A stretch of 64,000 nt of DNA from Myxococcota bacterium (GTDB taxonomy: Bacteria; Myxococcota; UBA4151), in the NCBI GenBank assembly GCA_036338695.1, contig JAYZBQ010000048.1, forward strand, positions 320,001-384,000, written 5' to 3'. A program made the translations under genes and the position numbers. Under the pieces are notes generated by a model. It was not told where the DNA came from and did not search any database. It saw only the letters and a program-made list of their open reading frames with translations. Below are positions 17,869 through 28,063 of this stretch, piece by piece (within the stretch, counting starts at the first letter, position 1; each line of letters starts with the position of its first letter).

Positions 17869-20349
17869 TTGCTCCTGACCATCGCCTTGGTCCTGGCTTC
17901 GCCGAGCGTGGATTGGCGTTTGAAGGCGGCGGCGCACGACCCCATCGTCGCTGAGCTGCTCGGGTTAGACCCGCGACGCCTTCCGGTCTGGGTCGAGCTC
18001 GAGCGCGCCGATCGATCACTCTGGCGCGCCTTGCGCAAAAACGGCTTACGCGGCGGGGTTGAGGCGATGCCGCTCGTCGGTCCCTTCGCCAGCGGCTGGG
18101 TCGCCGCAGACGACCTCGACCGGCTAGCAAGCAGCCCGGGTCTGGTCCGGCTCGAGACCTACACGCCGGCTCAAATTCACGCGCCGCTGTACCGAACGAA
18201 CGAACACCTTCGGGCGCGCCGAAGCGCCAACTTGTATGCGCCCGATCGCAACCTCCACGGTCAAGGCGTGCGCGTCGTCAACATCGACGTCGGGCTCGAC
18301 TATCACCACCCTGCGTTTTTCGAGACCGGTGAGCCGATCGGTTTTCTTGACGTCGATCAATCGGGCGACCTGAGCCCGGGCGACGGTGTTGATCTCAATG
18401 ACAATGGCGTGGTCGACGACAACGAGCACCTTCGCGTCCTGCACAGCAAAATCCATGACTGGCGAGCCGGGCTCATCGAGGGCTCCGAGCTCGACCGGCT
18501 CGAGCCCGACCTCGACTGGTTGTTCATCGACGTCAACGGCAACGGACGGCGCGACTTTGACGCAGACGCGCGGCCTGAAGGTGAGGCGACCGATGCGCTC
18601 GGCGAGCCCCTCTTTGCGATGCTCGATCGAGACGGCGACGGTCAATTCTCGGCTCGAGACCGACTGATCCCGCTGCGCCGATCGCGCGTCCATGTCTATC
18701 GCAACGCAGACCGAACCTATCGCCGCGGGGTTGATCTGACGCAAGCACCTCACGACAGCGACCTCCACGGCACCGGCGTCTGGGGGATCCTCGCGGGCGG
18801 ACCCACACATCATCGCTTCGCCGGTATCGCGCCTCGAGCGACGATCCTGCATTTTCACCGAAACCGATACAACTTGGTGGACGCGATCCACTTTGCGGTC
18901 GCCGAGAAGGCGCATCTAGTCCTGCACGAATATGGCGCCTGGGTGCATCAATATGGCGACGGCTCCTCGATCGTTGAGCGCTTGGTCGGTCACAGCCAGA
19001 CCTTGGGTATCCCGCACGTCCTCCCAGCAGGTAACCTCGCAAGCTCACGCCGCTCTGCACGCTTCACCCTCGCCGCCGGCGAGACCAAGACGCTGACTCT
19101 GTTCTTACCGAGGCGCCAGATTCAGGTCCTTTATGGCTCGGTGATCTGGACCGGCTCGGAGTCCGTCCAGGCCTTCGTGACCCCGCGTAACGGGCGTGAA
19201 GAGCGCCTGCCGACTGCTGCGCTGCAGGCTCAAGATTTCGACGACCCAAGCCGGCGCATCAGCGCAGAACAACGCACCAACGAGCGAGGGACGCACAAAC
19301 TCGACTGGGTGCTGTGGGGTTGGCAAGGTCGCCTGGCTCAGCTCCCTGACCGCGCCTGGACGATGCGGCTGGTCAACCCGTCCGACGAACCCGCAGAGCT
19401 CCTCTTGCGCATCGGCGACAACAAAACATCGTGGACCGGTGGCGCGCATTTTCGTGGCGAGGGCTTCTCGACCAAAACCAGCTCTGCGACCTGGCCTTCG
19501 ACCGCAACGGGCGATGCAGGCCACGGCGTCTCGGTCTTCGCCTTCACCGGGCGCGCCGATCGAGCAGGAGGGCTCGAGAGCGAAGCGACCGGCGACTTGC
19601 GCAGTTACTCTGGGCATGGGCCGCGCAGCGACGGACGAGCCCTCAACGGTCTAGCCGCTCCCGATAACCCCTCAACCACCTGGCCCTCATCGGCCAACCA
19701 GGTCGGGCATGCAGGCTACGGCAGCTTCAACGGCACCTCAGGCGCCGGACCGCACGTGGCAGGTGCGATCGCGCTCTTGGTCCAAGCGGGGTTGAGCGCC
19801 AACCAGGCGCTCGCGCAGCTGATCGAACACGCCGCACAGGACGAACAGACCGAAGCCGGGCCTGAGGGCGCCTGGGGGGCGGGCAAGGTCCGACTTGACC
19901 GAGCGATCGGGCGGACGCTTCCGGCGCTCAGCGGCGATTTCAGCGCGCCGGTACCGGGCGAGCCGGCCCCCTCCGCCCTCGTAGAAGCCCCCGCTGACGG
20001 CGTTCAACGTCTGCGGTTGACCTCCAGCCAGCCGTGGATCGATTGGCGGACTCAGCCCTTTCTCGTCGCCGGCGGTGATGAACCCGTTGAGGTCGAATGG
20101 ATTAGCCACGAGGGGCGACGAGGGCGCTACCTCGTCGACCTCACCGCCCCAGCGCAAGCCAGCGAGCCCGGTGCGCTGCCGGGACCACTCGGTCGAGCCG
20201 TCCAGCCCACGACGAGCCAGCCGCCATCCACGCCCCTGACACCACCCACCGAACCGCTCGCCGGCGCACCGCCCCCCTCGGGCTGCTCGGGGGTTCACCC
20301 TAGCCTGTGGCTCCTGCTTGCGCTCGGCGGGGCGAGGCGGCGGCGATGA
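17869..20349 (+). CDS. S8 (subtilase) serine peptidase with MYXO-CTERM-like C-terminal anchor
   Basis: Triad IDVG / HGTGVWG / GTSGAGPHVAG; oxyanion AGN; Pro-rich linker then SGCS-hydrophobic-RRRR tail. Confidence 0.85.
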   Translation: MLLTIALVLASPSVDWRLKAAAHDPIVAELLGLDPRRLPVWVELERADRSLWRALRKNGLRGGVEAMPLVGPFASGWVAADDLDRLASSPGLVRLETYTPAQIHAPLYRTNEHLRARRSANLYAPDRNLHGQGVRVVNIDVGLDYHHPAFFETGEPIGFLDVDQSGDLSPGDGVDLNDNGVVDDNEHLRVLHSKIHDWRAGLIEGSELDRLEPDLDWLFIDVNGNGRRDFDADARPEGEATDALGEPLFAMLDRDGDGQFSARDRLIPLRRSRVHVYRNADRTYRRGVDLTQAPHDSDLHGTGVWGILAGGPTHHRFAGIAPRATILHFHRNRYNLVDAIHFAVAEKAHLVLHEYGAWVHQYGDGSSIVERLVGHSQTLGIPHVLPAGNLASSRRSARFTLAAGETKTLTLFLPRRQIQVLYGSVIWTGSESVQAFVTPRNGREERLPTAALQAQDFDDPSRRISAEQRTNERGTHKLDWVLWGWQGRLAQLPDRAWTMRLVNPSDEPAELLLRIGDNKTSWTGGAHFRGEGFSTKTSSATWPSTATGDAGHGVSVFAFTGRADRAGGLESEATGDLRSYSGHGPRSDGRALNGLAAPDNPSTTWPSSANQVGHAGYGSFNGTSGAGPHVAGAIALLVQAGLSANQALAQLIEHAAQDEQTEAGPEGAWGAGKVRLDRAIGRTLPALSGDFSAPVPGEPAPSALVEAPADGVQRLRLTSSQPWIDWRTQPFLVAGGDEPVEVEWISHEGRRGRYLVDLTAPAQASEPGALPGPLGRAVQPTTSQPPSTPLTPPTEPLAGAPPPSGCSGVHPSLWLLLALGGARRRR

Positions 20350-21632
20350 ACACGATCGTCGCTTGCGCAACGGGCGCCGACCCGGCCGCGCTTGCGGTCC
20401 TTCGGCTCAGTGGTCCGAGCGCGCTGGTGATCGGTCGTGCGCTGTGTGGTGATCGGTCGCTGCGCCGTGATCGTCTGATGGAGCTGGTCCAACTCAAAGA
20501 CGCACGCGGCGTCATCGACCGCTGCCTCGCCGTCGCCTTCTTTGCGCCGCGAAGTTTTACCGGCGAAGACGTCGTCGAGTTCCACCTCCACGGCGGTCCT
20601 GGGCTGATTCAAGCGGCGATTGAAGCCTGCGTACGTCAAGGTGCGCGGCGCGCCGAGCCGGGCGAGTTCACCCGGCGCGCCTACCTCTCCGGTAAGCTCG
20701 ATTTAGTCGAAGCCGAAGCGATCGCTGCGCGGGTCCAAGCCGCAAGCGAGCGAGCAGCCCGCTTATCCGAAGCCGGCGTCGCGGGACGACTCAGTCATTT
20801 TGCCCGAGCCATGGAGCGGACCCTGACCGAGCAGCGGGCTCACGTTGAGGGCTGGCTCGACTTTGACCCCGAAGAGCTTGGCGACAACGACCGAAAACCG
20901 CTCATCCAGGCGATGCGCGCAGCCAGCGACCGGCTCGAGCGAGCCGCTCAGACGGGCGCCCGATCGCTGCCCCTGTTTGAGAACCCCATCGTCTTACTCG
21001 CCGGTCCCGTCAACGCAGGCAAATCAAGCCTGTTTAATGCGCTCGTCGGTGATGAACGGGCGCTGGTTAGCGACCAAGCCGGCACCACCCGAGACTGGAT
21101 CGAGGTGGAGCTCACCTTGCCGGCGGGGCGGATCCGCCTGCGCGACTCGGCGGGTCTGCGAGAGGCCGCGGATCAAGTCGAAGCCGCTGGGATCCGTCGG
21201 GCGCAAGCCTTACAGCAGCAAGCTGACCTGATTTTGTGGTGTGCGCCAGCAGGTCAAGCGGCGAACGCTCCAGCGGGCGCGGTCCTGCTTAACACCAAGT
21301 GCGATGTAGGCCGAGGGCCTGGTTTTGCGGTCTCGGCACACAGCGGCGAGGGGATCGAGGCGCTCCTTGCGACGCTCGACGAGCGGCTGTTCGGTGGGGC
21401 GATCGCCGACTCCGAGACCGGCGTCGCGACCTCACGTAGGCAGGTCGAACACTTAGCCAGCGCAGCGAGCCACGCTGCAGGCGCAGCGCAGCAGCTCACG
21501 GAGGATCAGCCCGAGCTCGCCGCAGCCGACCTGCGCGCCGCCTGCGATGAGCTCACCGCGCTCACGGGGACGCAAGAGCCGGACGAGCTCATGCTCGATG
21601 CGCTCTTTGGTCAGTTTTGCCTGGGTAAGTAG
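20346..21632 (+). CDS. mnmE: tRNA modification GTPase MnmE
   Basis: TIVACAT, RLSGP, PRSFTGEDVVEFHLHGG, GPVNAGKSS, GTTRD, DSAG, C-terminal FCLGK. Confidence 0.97.
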   Translation: MNTIVACATGADPAALAVLRLSGPSALVIGRALCGDRSLRRDRLMELVQLKDARGVIDRCLAVAFFAPRSFTGEDVVEFHLHGGPGLIQAAIEACVRQGARRAEPGEFTRRAYLSGKLDLVEAEAIAARVQAASERAARLSEAGVAGRLSHFARAMERTLTEQRAHVEGWLDFDPEELGDNDRKPLIQAMRAASDRLERAAQTGARSLPLFENPIVLLAGPVNAGKSSLFNALVGDERALVSDQAGTTRDWIEVELTLPAGRIRLRDSAGLREAADQVEAAGIRRAQALQQQADLILWCAPAGQAANAPAGAVLLNTKCDVGRGPGFAVSAHSGEGIEALLATLDERLFGGAIADSETGVATSRRQVEHLASAASHAAGAAQQLTEDQPELAAADLRAACDELTALTGTQEPDELMLDALFGQFCLGK

Positions 21633-21633
21633 G

Positions 21634-22575
21634 CTAGCCGCGCCCGGTGCTTTCGAGCCATCGCTCGGCATCGATCGCCGCCATGCACCCCGTCCCAGCC
21701 GCGGTGATCGCCTGACGGTAGACGTGATCGGTTGCGTCGCCGCATACGAACACGCCCTCGTGGATCGTCTTTGAGCTGTCCGGCTGATGGTCTAGGTAGC
21801 CGGCCTCGTCTTTCGGCAGCGCATCGCCGGTCCACGCGGTGTTCGGCGTGTGCCCAATTGCGATGAATAAGCCCTCACAGGCGAACTCCTCACGATCCCC
21901 GGTCTGCGTATCTTCAACGACGATCCCCTTGAGGCCGCCTTCGGAGACTTCGCCGAGGCAATCGACGACGACCTTGTTCCAGTGCATCGTGATCTTCTCG
22001 TTACTCAGCACCCGCTCCTGCATGGGCTTCGAGGCGCGCAGGCTGTCGCGCCGGTGCATCACGTGCACCTCGCTGGCAAAGCGGGTCAGGAAAGACGCCT
22101 CTTCCATGGCGGTGTCGCCGCCGCCGACGACCACCACCTTGGCGTTGCGAAAGAACGCGCCGTCACAGGTTGCGCAGGCTGAGACGCCATACCCCATCAG
22201 CTTGCTCTCATTCTCGAGGCCGAGCAGGCGTGCGGACGCGCCGGAGGCGATGATCAAGGCGTCGCACGTCGCGCTCGAGCCGTCACTGAAGTGGAGCTTC
22301 TTGGGGTGGCTCTCGAGCTCACACGAGGCGACCTCGGCAAACTCGAAGGTGGTTCCAAAGCGCTCCGCCTGCTTACGGAACCGATCCATCAGCTCAGGCC
22401 CCATGACCCCTTCGGGAAAACCGGGGTAGTTCTCGACATCCGTGGTGATGGTCAGCTGACCACCAGGCTGCATCCCGTCCAAGACATGCGGCGCGAGGTT
22501 GGCGCGAGAAGCGTAAAGTGCGGCTGTCAAACCAGCAGGGCCTGACCCAACGATGATGACCTTGTGATGCGTCAT
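21634..22575 (-). CDS. trxB: Thioredoxin reductase
   Basis: GSGPAG, GGQL..TTDVENYPG, CATCDG, GGGDTA.EEA, YRQAITAAG. Confidence 0.97.
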   Translation of the reverse strand: MTHHKVIIVGSGPAGLTAALYASRANLAPHVLDGMQPGGQLTITTDVENYPGFPEGVMGPELMDRFRKQAERFGTTFEFAEVASCELESHPKKLHFSDGSSATCDALIIASGASARLLGLENESKLMGYGVSACATCDGAFFRNAKVVVVGGGDTAMEEASFLTRFASEVHVMHRRDSLRASKPMQERVLSNEKITMHWNKVVVDCLGEVSEGGLKGIVVEDTQTGDREEFACEGLFIAIGHTPNTAWTGDALPKDEAGYLDHQPDSSKTIHEGVFVCGDATDHVYRQAITAAGTGCMAAIDAERWLESTGRG

Positions 22576-22616
22576 GGAGCTGTCCTCTTTGGAAGGGGGT
22601 TTCTAAACAAATATAA

Positions 22617-23438
22617 TCAGTGAAGCGCGTCGCGGAAGTGATCAATCGCACCCGCGACCATCGCCATCCCAAAAGCTGCCGTCACGAACCCGACCGAGCC
22701 GAGCACGACGTTGCGATGATCGCAGGTGTGGAGGTCACGAAACGCACCGTCCGGTGCCGGGCAGACGCAGACGTCATCAAACGGCGTCTCGGTGCTTTGA
22801 GGTTCGTTCGGGCTCTCCGTCGAGTAGACGCATGAGATGCCCGACTCAATCCCATAAAGCTTACGCAAAATTTTTCGGATCGAGCGCGCCATCGGGTCCG
22901 TGTGGGTCTCAGACAGGTCAGCCTTTCGGACCTGCGTTGGGTCTAGACGAGCCGCCGCGCCCATGCTTGAAATCACTGGTATTTCACGTTGTTTACACTG
23001 CGCAAGAAGGTGGCACTTGGCGGTCAGGTTATCGATCGCATCAAGGATCAAGTCGGGCTTAAGGTCGAGCAGATCAGCGCTTGATTCCTCGTTGTAGAAT
23101 CGTATCTGAGCGTCGATTTGAGCGATCGGGTTGATCGCCAGTAAGCGCTCGGCCATCACCGACGCCTTGTGTTTGCCGATCGTCCCTTTTCGGGCGTGAA
23201 GTTGACGGTTCGTATTGGTCACGCAGACCTTGTCAAAATCGACCAGGCTGACTCGGCCGACCCCCGTGCGAACCAGCATCTCGGCAGCCCAAGAACCGAC
23301 CCCGCCCAAGCCGATGACCATGACATGCTTCGTCTTGAGCTGTTCGACGAGGGGTGAACCGAGCAAGCGCTCGCCCCGATGAAAACGAAGCTGCTCCGTC
23401 GCCTTGCGCTTTACGCTGGTCTCGACCTCGATCATCAC
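22617..23438 (-). CDS. tcdA: tRNA threonylcarbamoyladenosine dehydratase (ThiF family)
   Basis: GLGGVGSWAAE, DFD.VC.TN.NRQ, DAID, SSMGAA.RLDP, DPMAR.IRK. Confidence 0.9.
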   Translation of the reverse strand: MMIEVETSVKRKATEQLRFHRGERLLGSPLVEQLKTKHVMVIGLGGVGSWAAEMLVRTGVGRVSLVDFDKVCVTNTNRQLHARKGTIGKHKASVMAERLLAINPIAQIDAQIRFYNEESSADLLDLKPDLILDAIDNLTAKCHLLAQCKQREIPVISSMGAAARLDPTQVRKADLSETHTDPMARSIRKILRKLYGIESGISCVYSTESPNEPQSTETPFDDVCVCPAPDGAFRDLHTCDHRNVVLGSVGFVTAAFGMAMVAGAIDHFRDALH

Positions 23439-24112
23439 GCCCCCTTTAGAAACCGCCGGTAGTTGTCAGAAATGAGCGCCTTGATCGAGCCCGAAGCGCG
23501 CTTCTTGGCGCGCGCCGCCGCGTCGTAGAGCGCAGGCAGTGTATCCCACGGCCGTTGACCCTCATGCTCCGCATCCGACTCGAGCAACAACAAGTGATCC
23601 GGGACAGCGCTGAGCAATCGCAGGTCCTCACCGACCTTCGGCCCGACCGAGATGTACACGCCGGCCTTCCACCACGCCTCAAAGCGTGACGGTCGACCGC
23701 TGCAGCGGTGCAACATGACGCTGCTGGTGTGCCTACGCAGTGACGCCAGCAACGCGCCCCCGTCGCCGACGAGGTGGACGATCAGCGGGAGCCGCTCGCG
23801 GCGACCGAGCTGCAGCTGTGCGGCGAGGACCTCGAGCTGATCCGGACCAGCCTGACGATCCACACCGAGCTCACCGAGTGCGCTCGGGCGATCGGTCGCG
23901 ATCGCCCGCTCGAGTCGATCGACCCAGCCCGGCGAAGGGTCGTAGAGCGGGTGCTGACCGTAGGCATAGTCGAGTTCCTCGAGCCCTTGAGGCGGAGCAA
24001 AGGGCTCACACACCCCGGGGATCAAGGCGGTCTCGAGGCCGACCTCGCGGAGCCGCGCCAGCGCGGAGATAGGATCATCAAACCGATCCAAGTGAAGATG
24101 CGCGTCGATCAA
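23435..24112 (-). CDS. tatD: TatD family nuclease
   Basis: IDAHLHLD, GQHP, GELG, IVH, LLESD; TTG start; overlaps tcdA start. Confidence 0.8.
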   Translation of the reverse strand: MIDAHLHLDRFDDPISALARLREVGLETALIPGVCEPFAPPQGLEELDYAYGQHPLYDPSPGWVDRLERAIATDRPSALGELGVDRQAGPDQLEVLAAQLQLGRRERLPLIVHLVGDGGALLASLRRHTSSVMLHRCSGRPSRFEAWWKAGVYISVGPKVGEDLRLLSAVPDHLLLLESDAEHEGQRPWDTLPALYDAAARAKKRASGSIKALISDNYRRFLKGA

Positions 24113-24183
24113 TTTGCGCTTTGCGGCTCCCTTGTTCCATTGTGCCCATGCCCGCTTCGTTCGGGTGATTCAAGGAGGGCTCG

Positions 24184-24696
24184 TTGAACAAAGCGTCCAT
24201 CACCGCCGCCTTCGCCCAGCTGTTGCGCGACTTGCCTGGCGAGGCGCCAACCGGCGCCCAGCTCGACCGCTGGGCTGAGCGGCTCACCTCGGCGTGGTGC
24301 GATGAGCTGCTCGGTGGCGAGTTGCTCGACCTCGACGAGGCGCTTGGATCGCCGCTCGAGCTGACCACCAAGCGCCAAGAGATCGCCATGTCAGGGATCC
24401 GCTTCTCCCTCGTGTGTCCCCACCACCTCACGCTCGCTATCGGCGAAGCCAGCGTCTCGTACCAGCCGCGTCATCACGTCGCCGGGCCTTCAGGCTTGGT
24501 TCGGCTCATCGACGCAGCGACGCGCCGTCGCATCCTCCAAGAAGAGGCTGCAGAGATCATCGCAGACACCCTCGAGCGGGTCCTCCAGCCACACGGCCTT
24601 GAGGTCACGCTCAGCAGCGAGCAGACCTGCGTCAGCTGCCGCGGCGTGCGGCGGCAAGGGACCGCCTTCATCACCACCGTCCGGCGTGGGCTCTAG
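24184..24696 (+). CDS. folE: GTP cyclohydrolase I (FolE)-like, divergent
   Basis: SLVCPHHL, G.S.LVRL, RRILQE, TCVSCRGV; Zn ligands present but N-terminal region atypical. Confidence 0.7.
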   Translation: MNKASITAAFAQLLRDLPGEAPTGAQLDRWAERLTSAWCDELLGGELLDLDEALGSPLELTTKRQEIAMSGIRFSLVCPHHLTLAIGEASVSYQPRHHVAGPSGLVRLIDAATRRRILQEEAAEIIADTLERVLQPHGLEVTLSSEQTCVSCRGVRRQGTAFITTVRRGL

Positions 24697-24703
24697 GGCT
24701 CGA

Positions 24704-26449
24704 CTAGTAGCTGCGCTTATAGCCGATCGTGACCCGGTCGTTGTGTCGGTAGCGACCGAACATCGACTGCGCTGACCCGCCAAAGATCTCAGCGCCGAGC
24801 ACCAACTGCTCGCGCTCGGCGTCCAGCAGCCAAGCCAGCGACGGCAGCGCAAGCCAGTCCCCATCAAATGGGTGCAGTGCGCCCGCGAGCGTGACCTCAA
24901 ACCGCTCCGCAAGGGTGCTCTTGACCCCGAGGTTAATCGTCACGAGGTGGGCGTTGTCCACGTCCAAGGGACGCTCGAGCTGCCCGGTTGCGCTCAAAAA
25001 ACCTGTATCGAGAAGCATCAAGGGTTTGTTGGGTACATCGAAGACCGCAAAATCGGAGACCCCGAGCACGGCGACAAGCCCGGGCGGGCTTTGATACTCG
25101 ACCTGAAGGGCTGTGTGCAGCGTCGCTAGCCCGGGGATGGGCTGCATCATCAGATCAAAAAGCGTCCGCCCGCCCATAAAACGTGGCGTCCATGCGCTCT
25201 CAAGGGCGAGGACATAAGGCCCAAAGGATCGACGCGCCTGAACGCCGAGCTGTGCGAGTCGATGGAACGTACTCGTCAAGAGCGAGGAGCCGTCGTTCTG
25301 CGCGCGAGCCTGCATCAGCTTGCCTTGGAATCGCTCCAGCGCCTCGAGCCGCTCCGGGGTCAACTGCTCGATCAACGGCGTCTCGCCCATCATCGTGATC
25401 AAGCTCAACACAGCCGCTAAGTCCGGGTCCATCTTGAACTCAGGGAAGGTGTCAAAGCCATAAAATCCCCACAGCGCCACCTCGGCGCCCTGGACGCGTC
25501 CACGCAGCCGCACCGAGCCAGAGAAGTCCTCGGGCGTGAGCTCGGGTTGAGCAAAGTAAAGCAGGTTGCTCTGCCACTGATCCTCGACGCTCCGGTCAAA
25601 GAGCCAGGCGATATCGCCAATCGGCAAGCTCGCAGGCGCGTCGGGGCTGGCGGTCCCCCAGTCGTTCCCCCACAAGCGCATCTCCAAAGGCCGATGGCGC
25701 GGCACAAAGGCAAAATCGAGATGAAGGTCATGCGTATAGCTCAGCGTGTGCCGAGCAGCGATGGCTTCGACCGGAAGGCTCATATCTTCGGCTTCGCCCG
25801 CCAGCCCAAAGCGCAGGTCACGCGGCGCAAACATCACCGACGGGCCCATCCCATCCGTGAAGCTCCAGTCTACCTTCTGAAGCCCGAACTGCAGGACGGT
25901 GTCGGCGCCGACGCGGCGGTCGTAACGCAGTTCGGTCAGCTCCGTCAGAAGCGCTGTTTTCGCTGCCCCGCCCTCATCCGGGTGATCCCACCCTCCCCAA
26001 AGGCGCAAGCGCGCTCCGACACGCCAGCTCCTACCCGGCGCGCCCCGATGAATAAGCTGCAAACGCAAGGTAGACCACGCCTCGAGCACGTCTTCAGGTG
26101 AGCCGACGCTCGCCTCTTGATGTGTGGTGTCCACAGCCGCCGAGGTCTCCGACCGAGTGCGCACGATGGTCGAGGGTTTGAAGGCGGGCGGCGGGAGCCG
26201 AAACGTCGAGGGTTTGTCTTGGGTTGGCTCTTCCTCAAGGACGATCTCTTCGCTCTCAGCCGATGCCGAGCTGGCTGCCGGCTCCTCATCGAGTACGATC
26301 TCGTCGTCCTCATCGAGCCCGGCCGCTTCCGTCGCCTTTTGGTTGATGGGCTCCCCCTGAGCCGCACCGCTCTGACCGACATCGGCCGCCGGCGAGGCGC
26401 TGCTCGCTGCGCTTGCGACCCACCACATCGCCCACCCGATCCAATTCAT
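24704..26449 (-). CDS. Outer-membrane beta-barrel protein, DUF1302-like
   Basis: Signal peptide; acidic EEIVL repeats; GLQKVDW, PRDLR, C-terminal FGRYRHNDRVTIGYKRSY. Confidence 0.65.
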   Translation of the reverse strand: MNWIGWAMWWVASAASSASPAADVGQSGAAQGEPINQKATEAAGLDEDDEIVLDEEPAASSASAESEEIVLEEEPTQDKPSTFRLPPPAFKPSTIVRTRSETSAAVDTTHQEASVGSPEDVLEAWSTLRLQLIHRGAPGRSWRVGARLRLWGGWDHPDEGGAAKTALLTELTELRYDRRVGADTVLQFGLQKVDWSFTDGMGPSVMFAPRDLRFGLAGEAEDMSLPVEAIAARHTLSYTHDLHLDFAFVPRHRPLEMRLWGNDWGTASPDAPASLPIGDIAWLFDRSVEDQWQSNLLYFAQPELTPEDFSGSVRLRGRVQGAEVALWGFYGFDTFPEFKMDPDLAAVLSLITMMGETPLIEQLTPERLEALERFQGKLMQARAQNDGSSLLTSTFHRLAQLGVQARRSFGPYVLALESAWTPRFMGGRTLFDLMMQPIPGLATLHTALQVEYQSPPGLVAVLGVSDFAVFDVPNKPLMLLDTGFLSATGQLERPLDVDNAHLVTINLGVKSTLAERFEVTLAGALHPFDGDWLALPSLAWLLDAEREQLVLGAEIFGGSAQSMFGRYRHNDRVTIGYKRSY

Positions 26450-26573
26450 CGACCGACTCCTCGTGATGATCTCGTCACCATCTGCCTCTCCTTTAGGTCA
26501 AAACGAGCGACCTCACCAACCCGCACACTGCGTGTCAGACCTCCCCTTTAGACTGAGCGCAGGGAGATGCCTT

Positions 26574-27056
26574 ATGACTCTGATCCTCGACCCAGTCGCC
26601 AGCTTGAAGCGCCAAACGCTCGTGTTCCGAAATGAAGCGCGTCCTGAGCGAGAAATTGCGCCTCACCTTGGCCGCGCGCTGCCAACAGGTGGGTACTTGT
26701 TCAACGCCAAAGTTCAAGAGCGCCTAGCTCAGATTGCCGGGCTCACCTTCGCGCACCTGCTCCCCGCCGGCGGTTCTCCTCCGCATATCGACATGACAAC
26801 AGACCGGCAGATCATCTTGCGCGTCCAACACACTCGACCTGACGAGGCGGCGCGCGCCTGCGCTGCGACCTTGTGGCGCGCAGGGCACGCCAGCTCGACC
26901 GAAAAGAAATCGCTGGGTCAGCTCGAGGTCGTCGTCCAGCGGCTCCCCGTTCGCATCCGCTTTACGCCCAACCGAAAAGCGCTGCTGTCGTATCTTCACG
27001 GACGATTTGAAGACCAGAAGAATCAAATCAATACGCTGACGGAGCCTTGCGGTTGA
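26574..27056 (+). CDS. Hypothetical protein
   Basis: GGGAG RBS before ATG 26574; fills the gap upstream of holB on the same strand. Confidence 0.55.
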   Translation: MTLILDPVASLKRQTLVFRNEARPEREIAPHLGRALPTGGYLFNAKVQERLAQIAGLTFAHLLPAGGSPPHIDMTTDRQIILRVQHTRPDEAARACAATLWRAGHASSTEKKSLGQLEVVVQRLPVRIRFTPNRKALLSYLHGRFEDQKNQINTLTEPCG

Positions 27057-27088
27057 CGGCTCGATGCGCATCGTGAACAACCCTGCTG

Positions 27089-28063
27089 ATGAGCGCACAA
27101 GAGCAGAGACTTCGGCAGGTCGTCGACGGCTGGCACCAGCGGAACCAGTGGCCGCACGCGCTGCTGCTCAGCGGCGCCTCGCCAGCGCATCGGCTCGAGC
27201 TCGCGATCGATCTAGCCAAGCGGCGCCTGTGTGAACACGCAACCGCTTGCGGTCAGTGTCCGTCATGTCGGCTCTTCGCGTCGAGTAACCACCTCGACTA
27301 CCACGTTTTAGCCTCCCCGGTGAGCGCGCAAGAGTTCGACCTAGCGGTCGAACAGGTGGGGACGAGCACCGCACGCCGGGTGATCCGCAAAGAACAGATC
27401 GCAGCGACCCTCCGACAGCTGGCGCTCCACGCTCAGCGCCCCGGCGGCTGGAGGGTCCTGTTGCTCCTCAACCCCGAAGAGCTCCACCGAGCCGCCGCCA
27501 ATGCCCTGCTCAAGTCCTTAGAAGAGCCGAGCGAGCGCGTCTTCTTTATCCTCGTCTCGAACCAACCGCGCGCGGTCCTTGAGACCATCGTGAGCCGATG
27601 TCAGCAGCTGGCGCTCCCGCCCCCCTCTCGCAGCGACATCACCCGTCAGTTGATGGATGAGGGCTGTCCCGGCTCGCTGGCGCCGACGCTCGCCGAGCTG
27701 CAACGGCGCGGCGTCCCCTGTGCGGAGTCCGAGCTGGTCGAGCGGCGAGCGCTGATCATGACCTGGCTCGACGCCGTAGCGAAGAATTCCGAGCATGGTC
27801 GACTGCTGGCGGTGGATCGGCTGAACAAAGACCCGGCGCCCGATCAAGTCCTCGCCCTCGCGTTGTCCTTGACCTTAGACCTCATGCGCTTGCAGAGCGG
27901 GTTGTCGCCTGACGAGATCACCCACCAAGACCTCGCCAGCGAATTGAGCGCCCTCGCTGCAACAGGCTCCTGGCTCGGTCTGTCCCAGAGCCTCCAGCGA
28001 GCACGCGGCGCAGTGCAACGGAACGTACGGCTCTCGAGCCTGTTAATGGGAGCAAGCAGATGA
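27089..28063 (+). CDS. holB: DNA polymerase III subunit delta'
   Basis: HALLLSG, CGQCPSC...HLD, AANALLKSLEEP, TIVSRCQ. Confidence 0.92.
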   Translation: MSAQEQRLRQVVDGWHQRNQWPHALLLSGASPAHRLELAIDLAKRRLCEHATACGQCPSCRLFASSNHLDYHVLASPVSAQEFDLAVEQVGTSTARRVIRKEQIAATLRQLALHAQRPGGWRVLLLLNPEELHRAAANALLKSLEEPSERVFFILVSNQPRAVLETIVSRCQQLALPPPSRSDITRQLMDEGCPGSLAPTLAELQRRGVPCAESELVERRALIMTWLDAVAKNSEHGRLLAVDRLNKDPAPDQVLALALSLTLDLMRLQSGLSPDEITHQDLASELSALAATGSWLGLSQSLQRARGAVQRNVRLSSLLMGASR

